A DNA stretch of 64,000 bases from Patescibacteria group bacterium (GTDB lineage: Bacteria; Patescibacteriota; Minisyncoccia; Phycocordibacterales; UBA918): assembly GCA_038061715.1 (NCBI GenBank), contig JBBTYP010000003.1, forward strand, positions 12,034 through 76,033. The letters run 5' to 3'. The notes under the pieces were generated by a model. It was not told the DNA's origin and did no database searches. It saw only the letters and a list, made by a program, of their open reading frames with translations. The first letter of the stretch is position 1. Each line of letters begins with the position of its first letter. Made by a program: the position numbers and the translations under genes. Below, in pieces: positions 55,235-64,000 of the stretch.

Positions 55235-56401
55235 CTAATTATCAGGGAGAGCTACTGTAAAGTCACGGTCATACACCCACAAACTGCTATCATTGTGGTT
55301 CACAAAGTATAGTACTTGAGACTTGGTTGTAAGCAGTGTCGCGTCAAGACTTCGGCCAGCGGTTTCGCTTAACGGTTCAATTTGAGTGGTGAATTTTGTA
55401 TCAGGTTTAGTGTACCAAAGTGCGTCGCTGAAGATGGTTTCACCGCGGTACCAGCTTTCAACACTACCGCTATAAATCGAAGCTACATCAGTGGCGCAGC
55501 TGATACCACTGTCAACCACAAGGCACTTTTCTGGAATAAATAGAAAATTAACCGGCGCTGTTTCACTCGAGGCCTTATTGTAAGTGTAACTCTTGTATAC
55601 GCCATTTTCGGTTATTGAATAAATTATTGATGTATCGTTAGCGATTGCGGATAGACCAAAACCAGAGACAGGTAACCGAGCCAGCGTGTCAGATTTTATC
55701 TCATAGAGATAGCCTTCTAAGTCGGCGGCGGTTTTAGGATAGGTGTAGTGGGTTCCAGCCACTGTGTCTCCCCAGAGAACTACCGCTTCACGAAAGGGCA
55801 CAATGAAAATGTTAGTCGTATCAGTAGTTTTTAGGTTGTAGGAATAACCACGAACCGACCGACCTTCTTTCACCGCATACAAAAGGGTGTCGTCAGAAGT
55901 GAATGAAGTACTAATCGGGTTTATATTTAACACCCTTGAAGACAGAGTCGTACTACCACTTGGTAGAGTGATTACAGTTACTAACTCGCTCCCGACTGAT
56001 ATTGCAGCGTAGGCTCCATCTCTAGACAGGACAGCAGTTTCGGCTGAGGGTACGGTGATATTGGAAAGTCGCTCTTCAGTACCGTCTTCAACATTTACAC
56101 TATAGACGTGACCAGTACCGGCCTCTACAAAGCGGACCGTGCGTGGCGTACTACTACTAGCATCAAGCGCCACGTACCCAATAGTCTGTCGAAGCGATAA
56201 TTGTCTCAAGTAAGGTGAGGTAGAAGTAGCTTGATCGTCGAAGACATCACCTAAGTCAAACTGTAGTTCGTCGCCGACTAGACCAAACGTATTGTAAAGG
56301 TCTTCCTTGGCTTCATCGCCCCCAAAGAATAGATAAAGCCATAACCCGATTAGAGTAATTAATATTATTGCCGCCAGAATTAGTAGCCAAGGTTTTTTCA
56401 T
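55235..56401 (-). CDS. Membrane-anchored beta-rich (propeller-like) hypothetical protein
   Basis: N-terminal TM, FVE..TGHVY, PEKC, WYRG...FSD.LW. Confidence 0.6.
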   Translation of the reverse strand: MKKPWLLILAAIILITLIGLWLYLFFGGDEAKEDLYNTFGLVGDELQFDLGDVFDDQATSTSPYLRQLSLRQTIGYVALDASSSTPRTVRFVEAGTGHVYSVNVEDGTEERLSNITVPSAETAVLSRDGAYAAISVGSELVTVITLPSGSTTLSSRVLNINPISTSFTSDDTLLYAVKEGRSVRGYSYNLKTTDTTNIFIVPFREAVVLWGDTVAGTHYTYPKTAADLEGYLYEIKSDTLARLPVSGFGLSAIANDTSIIYSITENGVYKSYTYNKASSETAPVNFLFIPEKCLVVDSGISCATDVASIYSGSVESWYRGETIFSDALWYTKPDTKFTTQIEPLSETAGRSLDATLLTTKSQVLYFVNHNDSSLWVYDRDFTVALPDN

Positions 56402-57357
56402 ATAACATCAATGGTGAGCTCCCCTTTAGTGCCTTGTAGTAATTTCTGGGTACTCTGAACGCGGAAAACAACATCCACCAGTCCGGTCTGTTCGGTCCGT
56501 TCCAAAGTTATATCGTAGGGGTTGTTACCACTGGGGGCATTTATGGTAGCTATATTCCAAGCTGTTACACTGGGACTATTAAATACTTCAGAGTCGAGAT
56601 AATAAGGCTCAGCCCGCAGAGTCGTGCTGTTACTCAAAAAAACAAAAGGACTCGTAAGTGCCCGAGGGACTACGCCGTAGAGTGTACTTACTTCATAAAA
56701 TAAAAGTCTCGGAGCGGCGACAGGGAGCGCGAGGGTACGTTTGGCCACCACGGAACCATCAAGCTTGGTGACAGTGAGAGAAAGTATCGAAGAACTATCT
56801 TGAGGCATAGTGAAGGAAACACGATTACCACCACGCAGTGGGCCCCCCTGTAATACCGTGTTATTGAGACGCCAGGTATATAGGTATTCATTAGAAAGAA
56901 TGACAGCGGTACTTAAAAGTGCGGTGGCATTGACGGTACTGTCTGGAGTCGCCAGCGCGCGACCCTTATAAAAAGCCGGAACATGAGTTTGGGGTTCGAA
57001 TATAATATCGAGATAAATCGGAGTGATGATTCTAGATACGGTTTCGCTTGAGCCGCTTGGCTTGCTGAGCAGGACTTTTACCACCGCACTCTCACCAGCG
57101 TCAGGGGAGACAAGGGTTATAGAACGCTGGTTGTACGCCCAGTCCATTTTAGTGTCGTTGTAGTACCAATCGATAGTGGCACCAAAGGCCCCTCCGGCGT
57201 AGTCGTTGAGGTCAATTGTGAACGATTGGTTTGGTGAGGGGTAGCTGGGGGAGAGCTCCAGTGAGAGGTTGGTATTTAAAAAATCTTCACCGCTCGTTTG
57301 AGCACCAGAAAAGCCGGGTGTTAGTAGTAGGAGTAAGCCAAAAAGAAATAGCCGCAT
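56398..57357 (-). CDS. Secreted Ig-like hypothetical protein
   Basis: Signal peptide, beta-rich, VPAFYKGR, AEPYY; start at M8. Confidence 0.6.
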   Translation of the reverse strand: MRLFLFGLLLLLTPGFSGAQTSGEDFLNTNLSLELSPSYPSPNQSFTIDLNDYAGGAFGATIDWYYNDTKMDWAYNQRSITLVSPDAGESAVVKVLLSKPSGSSETVSRIITPIYLDIIFEPQTHVPAFYKGRALATPDSTVNATALLSTAVILSNEYLYTWRLNNTVLQGGPLRGGNRVSFTMPQDSSSILSLTVTKLDGSVVAKRTLALPVAAPRLLFYEVSTLYGVVPRALTSPFVFLSNSTTLRAEPYYLDSEVFNSPSVTAWNIATINAPSGNNPYDITLERTEQTGLVDVVFRVQSTQKLLQGTKGELTIDVI

Positions 57358-57396
57358 ACTAGTATGATACCAGACCAAAAGAGCTAGAATCAGCGG

Positions 57397-58236
57397 TTAT
57401 TTGGGATAGCGCCAGACCACAATCCCCCACAAGATAAACCAAGGAAGAATGTTAAGAACAGGCATTAAATAACCAAGTAAGGCAAAGATAAAAGTTCCTG
57501 ATTTAATTACAGCATGTTTGCCCATAAAACAATGCACTCCAGAGAGGATATACATAGCTGCCATAAAGCCAAGGGTAAAGATACCAATAAAGAATACAAG
57601 CATAGTGAGCCCACTAAATAGAGCATTACTAAAACCAGTCCAGCTCTCTATAACATTTAAATTTACACCAGATACAGCTTCGATAACGTTAGTGGCGGCA
57701 TCATAGATGCCATAGATGATCGCTGTGAACCTACCTTTCATAAGAGTTTCGGCGACCCCTTCCCCAGCTCCAGCGAGACCCAGTGCCACAATTGCCATTA
57801 GTGCTAGTGGTAATTGTAAGCTAAACCAAATGGGAGTAGCGAAAGATAAAACAGTAATATTTACTCGGGTGGCCGAGATGGTGCCTTTAATACTTTTGCT
57901 AAGATCTTTAACGCCACTAGCACGTAACAACTTCTTACCCTCAGTTGCAGCTCCACCCACGCTTCGCATCGCCGCGCTAGTCGCCATCATTGGAACACCC
58001 GCTACTGCTCCAGCACCAGTTCGACTCAGTACCGCGCCAGTTCTCATTACTTTACCGCCAGACCTTTTAAGGCCTCCTCCTTTGCGCAAACTTATACTTG
58101 TCACTCTAGTAGCGGCACTGCCAAATTGACGAGCGCCTTCAAGGGGAATTTGCTCGCGTTCTCCCGTCGACGGCTGTAAGCCAGCGCCTGCATATGCGCG
58201 TTCATTGAACTCTTCGTCTGTGGTCGGGTACGCCAT
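57397..58236 (-). CDS. Membrane hypothetical protein
   Basis: Gly/Arg-rich N-terminus, several TM helices, P.LNILPW. Confidence 0.6.
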   Translation of the reverse strand: MAYPTTDEEFNERAYAGAGLQPSTGEREQIPLEGARQFGSAATRVTSISLRKGGGLKRSGGKVMRTGAVLSRTGAGAVAGVPMMATSAAMRSVGGAATEGKKLLRASGVKDLSKSIKGTISATRVNITVLSFATPIWFSLQLPLALMAIVALGLAGAGEGVAETLMKGRFTAIIYGIYDAATNVIEAVSGVNLNVIESWTGFSNALFSGLTMLVFFIGIFTLGFMAAMYILSGVHCFMGKHAVIKSGTFIFALLGYLMPVLNILPWFILWGIVVWRYPK

Positions 58237-58250
58237 GTACCCCGATTATA

Positions 58251-60041
58251 CTATACGCGGGTGGCTTGAAGTTCGGCCCTAGCTTGGCGGATTTGGAGGA
58301 GTTGGGACGGGTCGGAAGTAATAATTTGGTCTTCAGTGTAGGAAGCGATGACCTTGATCGCAACATGTTTAAGGCCGACGAAAAATATACCCTCACCAAC
58401 ATTTGATTCAAGCAATAGGAACTTTTCCTCGTCAGTTAGATTGAAGGTCCGTTGTATATTATCAATCGCCGTTGGCGACTGCTTCATCAGAAGCTGGATG
58501 GAAGAGTTGGTTATCATTGGAACTCCGTAAGGAGAACGAAGGAAGTCGTCCACATCTTGGGTTATGGTCGCGATTCCTAAATAGTATTTACGTCCTCGCT
58601 TGGCTAGACTAAAAAGGAAAGAGGCGGTGTCTTCACTCTTCATCATCCACCAGGCTTCATCGATAACGAGTAGCCGCTTGGCCAGACGGCGCCTAACTGA
58701 ACCCCAAATAAAGTTGGTCACAATATACATGGCGACAGTTTTGAGCTCGTCTTCCATATCACGTAGCGAGAACACCACAAACTTCTGATTGATGTCGACA
58801 TTCGACGGCTTATTCATAAAACCCGACCAAGTACCACCAGTGTACTTCTGGAGACGATTGATAAGCGACTGACTACCCTCCATTCCCGCTAACACCATTT
58901 CAAAGTCAGACAAAAGTGGTGGTTCAAGATCAGCAAAGTTTGTGTCGCCAGTAATGTCTTTTAGGGCGTAAGTTTCTTGGATGGCAATGTCGATGAGTGT
59001 TTCTTCTTCAGGTGCTAGGCCACCAAGCATAAGCCTAAAGAGACCAACTAGCTCAATGATGTGGGTCCTAAGAACGTCTTTAGGGTCCTCGTCACTTTGT
59101 GGCGCAGGCAAATCAAACGGGTTAATGTGGTGACTGGAAGAAAGAGAGATATTAAAGAAACGCCCACCGGTGGCTTCAGCTAAGTATTCGTATTCACGCT
59201 CTGGGTCAATCACAATCACCTCAGTACCAAACATGAGTGAGCGTAGAATCTCCAGTTTAAGGCCATATGATTTTCCAGCCCCCGAGGTAGCGAAAGTGAC
59301 GGAGTTGTAGTTGGTAAGTGAGTAACGGTCGAAAAGGACGAGGGAGGAGTTATGACGGTTGATACCGTAGAGAATCCCAGTGTCGGAAGTGAGATCAAAA
59401 GAAGTGAAGGGGAAGAAGCTAGAAAGCGGTGAAGAATTAAACTTACTGTGTACCAAAAGCTCATCATTTCCAAGGGGAATCATGCTTTTAAAACCTTGTT
59501 CCTGTTGAAAGAGCGCCGGCTTCATGGAAATCATTCGGGAGTCAAGAATACCCCTAATATCGTTCTCAGCTTTGTTGATGTGAGCCTCGTCTTCGCCGTA
59601 AATTGCTAGATAGAACCCGACATCAAACAGTTTTTCTTCGGCTTGTTGCAGCTTGTCGCGCAGATCTTCCAGGTTCATGTACGCGGCTTCGAGCTGTGGA
59701 TCACGCACTTCGCCACGCTCTTCCTTGATGTTAATTTGGCTCTGGACTTCCGCTACTTTCTTTTGAAATTTCTTCAGAGTATCGGCTGTATCAATCGGAT
59801 GAATAAAGATAGAAACATCAATTTCGCGAGCCAGGTTTAAGACTGGTTCGAGCCAGCCGTCATTTAGGTAGCGCGGATAAGAAACAGCGTAGTATACGCG
59901 CGCATTAACACCACTGATGTTAATGCTGCGCGGTGAAATACTCACCGCCGAAGGAGCGATGACATCGGTCAAGGTCATCAACTGTTCCTTGAAGGAAATA
60001 CCGGTTGGTTTTTTTGGCTGTAGTGCGTCTAGTATTCCCAT
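58251..60041 (-). CDS. VirB4/TraC-like type IV secretion ATPase
   Basis: ATSGAGKS Walker A, IDPEREY, INPF, IDEAW, RKY, ITQ. Confidence 0.9.
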   Translation of the reverse strand: MGILDALQPKKPTGISFKEQLMTLTDVIAPSAVSISPRSINISGVNARVYYAVSYPRYLNDGWLEPVLNLAREIDVSIFIHPIDTADTLKKFQKKVAEVQSQINIKEERGEVRDPQLEAAYMNLEDLRDKLQQAEEKLFDVGFYLAIYGEDEAHINKAENDIRGILDSRMISMKPALFQQEQGFKSMIPLGNDELLVHSKFNSSPLSSFFPFTSFDLTSDTGILYGINRHNSSLVLFDRYSLTNYNSVTFATSGAGKSYGLKLEILRSLMFGTEVIVIDPEREYEYLAEATGGRFFNISLSSSHHINPFDLPAPQSDEDPKDVLRTHIIELVGLFRLMLGGLAPEEETLIDIAIQETYALKDITGDTNFADLEPPLLSDFEMVLAGMEGSQSLINRLQKYTGGTWSGFMNKPSNVDINQKFVVFSLRDMEDELKTVAMYIVTNFIWGSVRRRLAKRLLVIDEAWWMMKSEDTASFLFSLAKRGRKYYLGIATITQDVDDFLRSPYGVPMITNSSIQLLMKQSPTAIDNIQRTFNLTDEEKFLLLESNVGEGIFFVGLKHVAIKVIASYTEDQIITSDPSQLLQIRQARAELQATRV

Positions 60042-60042
60042 A

Positions 60043-60684
60043 TTAATTTGTTTCTTCGGTTAAGGGAGCAAAGCCAGTCGGGTCGTTTGGATTATAGGTA
60101 TGGTAGAAAAGTTCGACCAATTCATCCTTCCCGAGCGTGACCGTCTTGACCCCGATTCGAGCCAGACCTTCTGTCACTAAGGAGACCCGTTGTTCGAGCT
60201 GAGTCCGCTCTTCTTCAAAGATACCGTCACTAATAGTGGCTGCACCACTCTTGGCCCGAAAAAGGCCACTAAGACCACGGGTAATATTGACCTTGGTTGG
60301 ACTGTACGACACAATCACGAAGAAATTCTTGCTCATAACATCAACCTGAGCGGTAAAGGTACGAATGAACTCCACATATTCCCTAAGTTGTATTCGCATT
60401 AGATCATTATCCTGCTTGTCTTCAAGAGTGCCAAGCACAGCTAAGTAGGGTTCGATATTTAGTCGCCGCGAACGTAGTTGGATTTGAATCGAAAAATCCA
60501 GCGTATTAAGGAATTGTTGAAATTGCTGCAAAATAGCGCGCTGCTCATCATATGATTTAAGTGCGAAGTTGATAGACGAAGCCAAGACCACCATTGTCAT
60601 CTGGCCACTTTTTTGAATCACCACATTATCTCTAATGTCGCGTACGGCTACAAAGTTTTGACTGGCGGCGTGGTTTGGTGTCAT
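60043..60684 (-). CDS. TraC-like (VirB4 N-terminal-type) protein
   Basis: SINFALKS..EQ, FLNTLDF, K.FFVIV; operonic with PrgI and VirB4. Confidence 0.75.
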   Translation of the reverse strand: MTPNHAASQNFVAVRDIRDNVVIQKSGQMTMVVLASSINFALKSYDEQRAILQQFQQFLNTLDFSIQIQLRSRRLNIEPYLAVLGTLEDKQDNDLMRIQLREYVEFIRTFTAQVDVMSKNFFVIVSYSPTKVNITRGLSGLFRAKSGAATISDGIFEEERTQLEQRVSLVTEGLARIGVKTVTLGKDELVELFYHTYNPNDPTGFAPLTEETN

Positions 60685-61094
60685 GATTTTTTCTCGATAG
60701 CTTGTAACTCTAGTCGGCGCGCAAGAGATGATAAGTCACCGTTCCTCTTTGTGCGAATGTGTGGTTCAAATAATTCAGGAGTGTTGAGTTTATCCTCGGG
60801 GATTTTGTAAAGCATTTCTTCTTTGCGCCATAAATAGAGACGTTTGCCAGAGAAATAGTTAACAATTGCTTCCAAAAAGTATGAGAAAGGCCGGCTGTTG
60901 ACTGGGTAAAAGGCCAAAGCACCTGCGAATACTGCTAGCGGTATACCAAAAGCGACAAACAAAAGAAACGGTAAGCGCAAGAAAAGTACCACTGCCATAC
61001 CAATACCACCACCGAGGTACAAAAATTGTCTCCAGGTTAAAGGGCCGAAAATTTTGTCTTCGATTTCGATAAATTGAGGCACCTCAAACCGCAT
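60681..61094 (-). CDS. PrgI family (VirB3-like) protein
   Basis: VPQFIEIEDKIFGPLT.RQF, two TM helices. Confidence 0.85.
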   Translation of the reverse strand: MRFEVPQFIEIEDKIFGPLTWRQFLYLGGGIGMAVVLFLRLPFLLFVAFGIPLAVFAGALAFYPVNSRPFSYFLEAIVNYFSGKRLYLWRKEEMLYKIPEDKLNTPELFEPHIRTKRNGDLSSLARRLELQAIEKKS

Positions 61095-61145
61095 ACTCTA
61101 CCATTATACACAAAGAAAATGGCCGCTTTCGCGGCACATCCCCTA

Positions 61146-62009
61146 CTATTTTGTTTCGCTGTCCCATTGCGGAGATGGAGGCGCCGCACTTACCGCCTCC
61201 GCATGTACTATCAAGTCTTCTTTCTGCAAAATGTCAGCCTGACTACTAGCTTGATAAACCACATCCGACCCAGGTTTAATCGCCGCCATATCATGCGACA
61301 TGGTACGTACAGTTTGCAACGAAGCCAGTTCATTTTCCGCTGTTGAAATTTCTGAAAAGATATTTTGAGCAGTAAAGGCAGGTAGAACCGCCGCCTGACT
61401 ATCAGGGTAGATAAATTCATATAAGTGACTTTCTATGTCATTTTGTTCATACGGACCAGAAATTTTTAGGTTGTGATATAGGAATGGAATAAAATCTGTT
61501 GGTTTGTATATACCTAAATTAATATCACCGCAGAACTCAGCAATTGTTATACAAGATATTTCTTCAAGTCCCAGTCCCCGGGCCTTTCTTACAGCACCTA
61601 CTTTAAGCTCAATGTAATTTATAAGCTCATCTTTGGTCAACGATTCTAAAACGGTGTTTCTTTGCATGGCCTCAATTGAATGGCTCATTTCCTTGTAGGC
61701 TGTTCCAATGGAGGTCCTTATGTCAGTAGGGGTTGATTCAAGTATACTCAAAACACAAGTTACTGCTGCGTAGGCAGGCACGGAGCATTCGGTGGCTATA
61801 AACTCCATTAGCTCAAATTCATTTATGAAAAGAAACAAATACATTGTGTATCCGTTTGCAAAGACACCTTTCTGGTCTTCGTCAAGTAATAACAAGTCAG
61901 CATAAATAGCTATTGTCGTAGATGGCATGTCACCTAACACAAAGTCCTGGTAGTCTGGTGTCAGCGTTAGTAGTCGTTCTTTAATTAGTGTGTCGCTTAT
62001 ATCAGGCAT
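61146..62009 (-). CDS. Hypothetical helical protein
   Basis: 287-aa ORF packed 2 nt after the upstream gene; RTM..DM motif. Confidence 0.55.
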   Translation of the reverse strand: MPDISDTLIKERLLTLTPDYQDFVLGDMPSTTIAIYADLLLLDEDQKGVFANGYTMYLFLFINEFELMEFIATECSVPAYAAVTCVLSILESTPTDIRTSIGTAYKEMSHSIEAMQRNTVLESLTKDELINYIELKVGAVRKARGLGLEEISCITIAEFCGDINLGIYKPTDFIPFLYHNLKISGPYEQNDIESHLYEFIYPDSQAAVLPAFTAQNIFSEISTAENELASLQTVRTMSHDMAAIKPGSDVVYQASSQADILQKEDLIVHAEAVSAAPPSPQWDSETK

Positions 62010-62011
62010 AG

Positions 62012-64000
62012 CTATTCTTCTTTTTTCTTATCGTCGTCTTTCTTGTCATCGAGCTCTTTAAGCAATGCAGCTTGCTCCTTCATGGCGTCTTGTTCTTTTT
62101 TGGATTTTTTCTTTTTACTGCCATCAAAACCATACTTTTTCCGTAACTCTTTTACTACATTCTTATCTTTGTACCATTCACCACCCAAAGCACCAGCTAC
62201 TAGGACACCTCCCACGGCACCTGTTGTTCCGCCGATTGCCGCCGTGCCGATAATTCCCGTTGAAGCACCACCACCACCAGCCTCTGAACCTCTCAACCAT
62301 TTATTCTTCGTCTCCTTTTCTCTGCGATCCAAGTAAGAAAGCTGGTGTTTGTACTGAGCTTTCGTCGCATTTTTCTCTAGCAAATCCTCGGCTTCTTTTT
62401 TAGCTGCTGCATGAGCAGCTGCAAGTCTGTCAGTTTCTTCCTTCAGAGAATCTTCAATTGCCTTCATGGCCAGCTGTTGCTCTACAATTTTCTTAGCCAG
62501 AATTTGTCGCTTAGCGGCATCTGTTTCGCCTACAAGTTTAGTATTGAGTTTCTTAATTTCATCACGATAAGGTCTTCTGGCCGTGCTCAACCTTGTGTTA
62601 TGAGCATCGAGATTCGTTGCAGCTATATTCTGAGCGTCTTTCAGGTCTGTATACTCCTTCGTTCCCATCACCTCAGCTTTTGCTTCGTCTTCATTCTTTG
62701 TTCCTAGCGAGTCCATGAACTTCTCCTCGTCTTTCACCGCTGCTTTTTGCCTAGTTACAAACCCCCCCTTGCTACTTTCGCCAAGACCAAGTCCTTTGCC
62801 CACTCCTCCCACGTTTCGGACATCCCAGGTCGAGTCGGCCGCTTTTCCTGCGGCTTTGTACGCAAGTTTACCGAATCGGCTATTTACTGCCCTAGTCTTT
62901 CCAAATTCGGACTCAGTGTAACGATTCGCTAGTGCTCCGGCTGTGTTCCTTCCAATTCTCGCTCCGACTCCTAGAGTTCCACCACCTACTGCACCGCGGA
63001 CTTTTCTTTCAAACGACTTACCCAGACTCATCGCTTTTTTGCCGCCGTCAGCACCGAGTTTGTCAGCGGCCCAGACAGAGAGGCCAAGGAAAATACAGAC
63101 TAAGATAAAGAAAGGAAATGTTCCTAGTTGTCCGGCGGCTTTGCCGCCTACTACTGTCTGAGCTCCCTGGAAAGTTCCTGCCCAGTCAGGGTTGGCAAAA
63201 CCATTACCCTTTTCTCCCACACTTACTTGTAGTCCAGAAATAATTTGAAGTGAGAAATAAATAAAGAGTAAATAAATTGGCGCCACTAAGGCTCGACCTA
63301 TAAACATTGACCAAAATCTTTCGAAAGTGTCTTTGATTGCAGGAATAATCCAACTCAGAAACATAATTGGTGATAGCACCATAAAGAGGTTTAGGACAGC
63401 AAAGCGCATTATCAACATGATTCCGCCAGCTGCGAACACAAACATGGCAGTAAGCATAAGCATAGCGGTGCCAAAGATATAACCCCAACCTTTGCCGTCA
63501 ACCTGTCCGACAGTCAGTCCAAAAGAATTGTTTATTCCCAAGCGAGCCATGAACTCTGTGGCCAGATCAATTTGCTGCAGACCGTCTTTGGTAGTACAGC
63601 CCTCACAAGTTGATCCTAAGCCATTAATAGCGATTTGGGCGGCAAGCTGGTTACTCATGTCGATAGCAAACTTTACAACAAAAAGACTGAAATTGACCAA
63701 TAAGGCAGCTAAAATTATATTAACAAGCCAACGACGAGTATTAGAATCGGAGGAATTTAATATCATCTTGAAACCGATATAGACGAAACCGAAGATAAAG
63801 CCAAGGTTTACAAAATCACGGACAATAATCCAAGTGTTATCAACTGCCACTCCAATACCAGTGTTAACAAAAGCATCGCCAAAACCAAGTACAAAGCTGT
63901 TCACAGCAAAGCTAAGGAGCGAAGCAGCCAAGGCCACAAACAATCCAAGTATTCCCATCACAATAGAGTAGACAACTTCTTGAGCGGCGCAATTTATCGT
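62012..64000 (-). CDS. VirB6/TrbL-like polytopic membrane protein (5' end outside the window)
   Basis: W..VRDF.N, AALLVNFS, R...L....SP; Gly-rich and coiled-coil tail; frame open to 64000. Confidence 0.75.
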   Translation of the reverse strand, partial: TINCAAQEVVYSIVMGILGLFVALAASLLSFAVNSFVLGFGDAFVNTGIGVAVDNTWIIVRDFVNLGFIFGFVYIGFKMILNSSDSNTRRWLVNIILAALLVNFSLFVVKFAIDMSNQLAAQIAINGLGSTCEGCTTKDGLQQIDLATEFMARLGINNSFGLTVGQVDGKGWGYIFGTAMLMLTAMFVFAAGGIMLIMRFAVLNLFMVLSPIMFLSWIIPAIKDTFERFWSMFIGRALVAPIYLLFIYFSLQIISGLQVSVGEKGNGFANPDWAGTFQGAQTVVGGKAAGQLGTFPFFILVCIFLGLSVWAADKLGADGGKKAMSLGKSFERKVRGAVGGGTLGVGARIGRNTAGALANRYTESEFGKTRAVNSRFGKLAYKAAGKAADSTWDVRNVGGVGKGLGLGESSKGGFVTRQKAAVKDEEKFMDSLGTKNEDEAKAEVMGTKEYTDLKDAQNIAATNLDAHNTRLSTARRPYRDEIKKLNTKLVGETDAAKRQILAKKIVEQQLAMKAIEDSLKEETDRLAAAHAAAKKEAEDLLEKNATKAQYKHQLSYLDRREKETKNKWLRGSEAGGGGASTGIIGTAAIGGTTGAVGGVLVAGALGGEWYKDKNVVKELRKKYGFDGSKKKKSKKEQDAMKEQAALLKELDDKKDDDKKKEE

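Noticed and set aside
1-64000. CRISPR array or cas genes
   Set aside because: No regularly spaced direct repeats with unique spacers. The repeats found are dispersed hairpins or coding linkers.

Overview
This looks like a chromosomal segment of a Candidate Phyla Radiation (Patescibacteria, probably Parcubacteria) bacterium using genetic code 11. The lineage is inferred from gene content and style: PilMNO/PilB, a PrgI-TraC-VirB4 cluster, tRNA-Arg(GCG) and near-leaderless genes. It spans the probable replication origin (yidC-rnpA-rpmH divergent from dnaA-dnaN, with DnaA boxes on both sides of dnaA). It also carries a class Id-type ribonucleotide reductase, ruvA/B/C, polA, tyrS, a class A PBP, seven tRNAs, two tRNA-adjacent accessory islands and several large secreted cell-wall/glycan enzymes. 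The best leads for new biology are: (1) a tight four-gene operon (16740-18991) of apparently paralogous winged-helix proteins ending in a HEPN-like effector, a candidate undescribed anti-phage system; (2) a covarying hairpin element family tied to tRNA 3' ends and to hairpin-interrupted partial tRNA copies; (3) a ~330-nt structured, switch-like leader upstream of nrdB; (4) a standalone rod-shaped ncRNA candidate at ~43060-43360; (5) a 20-bp palindrome repeated both between genes and inside a gene. Product calls come from motif recognition by eye. No database searches or folding programs were run.
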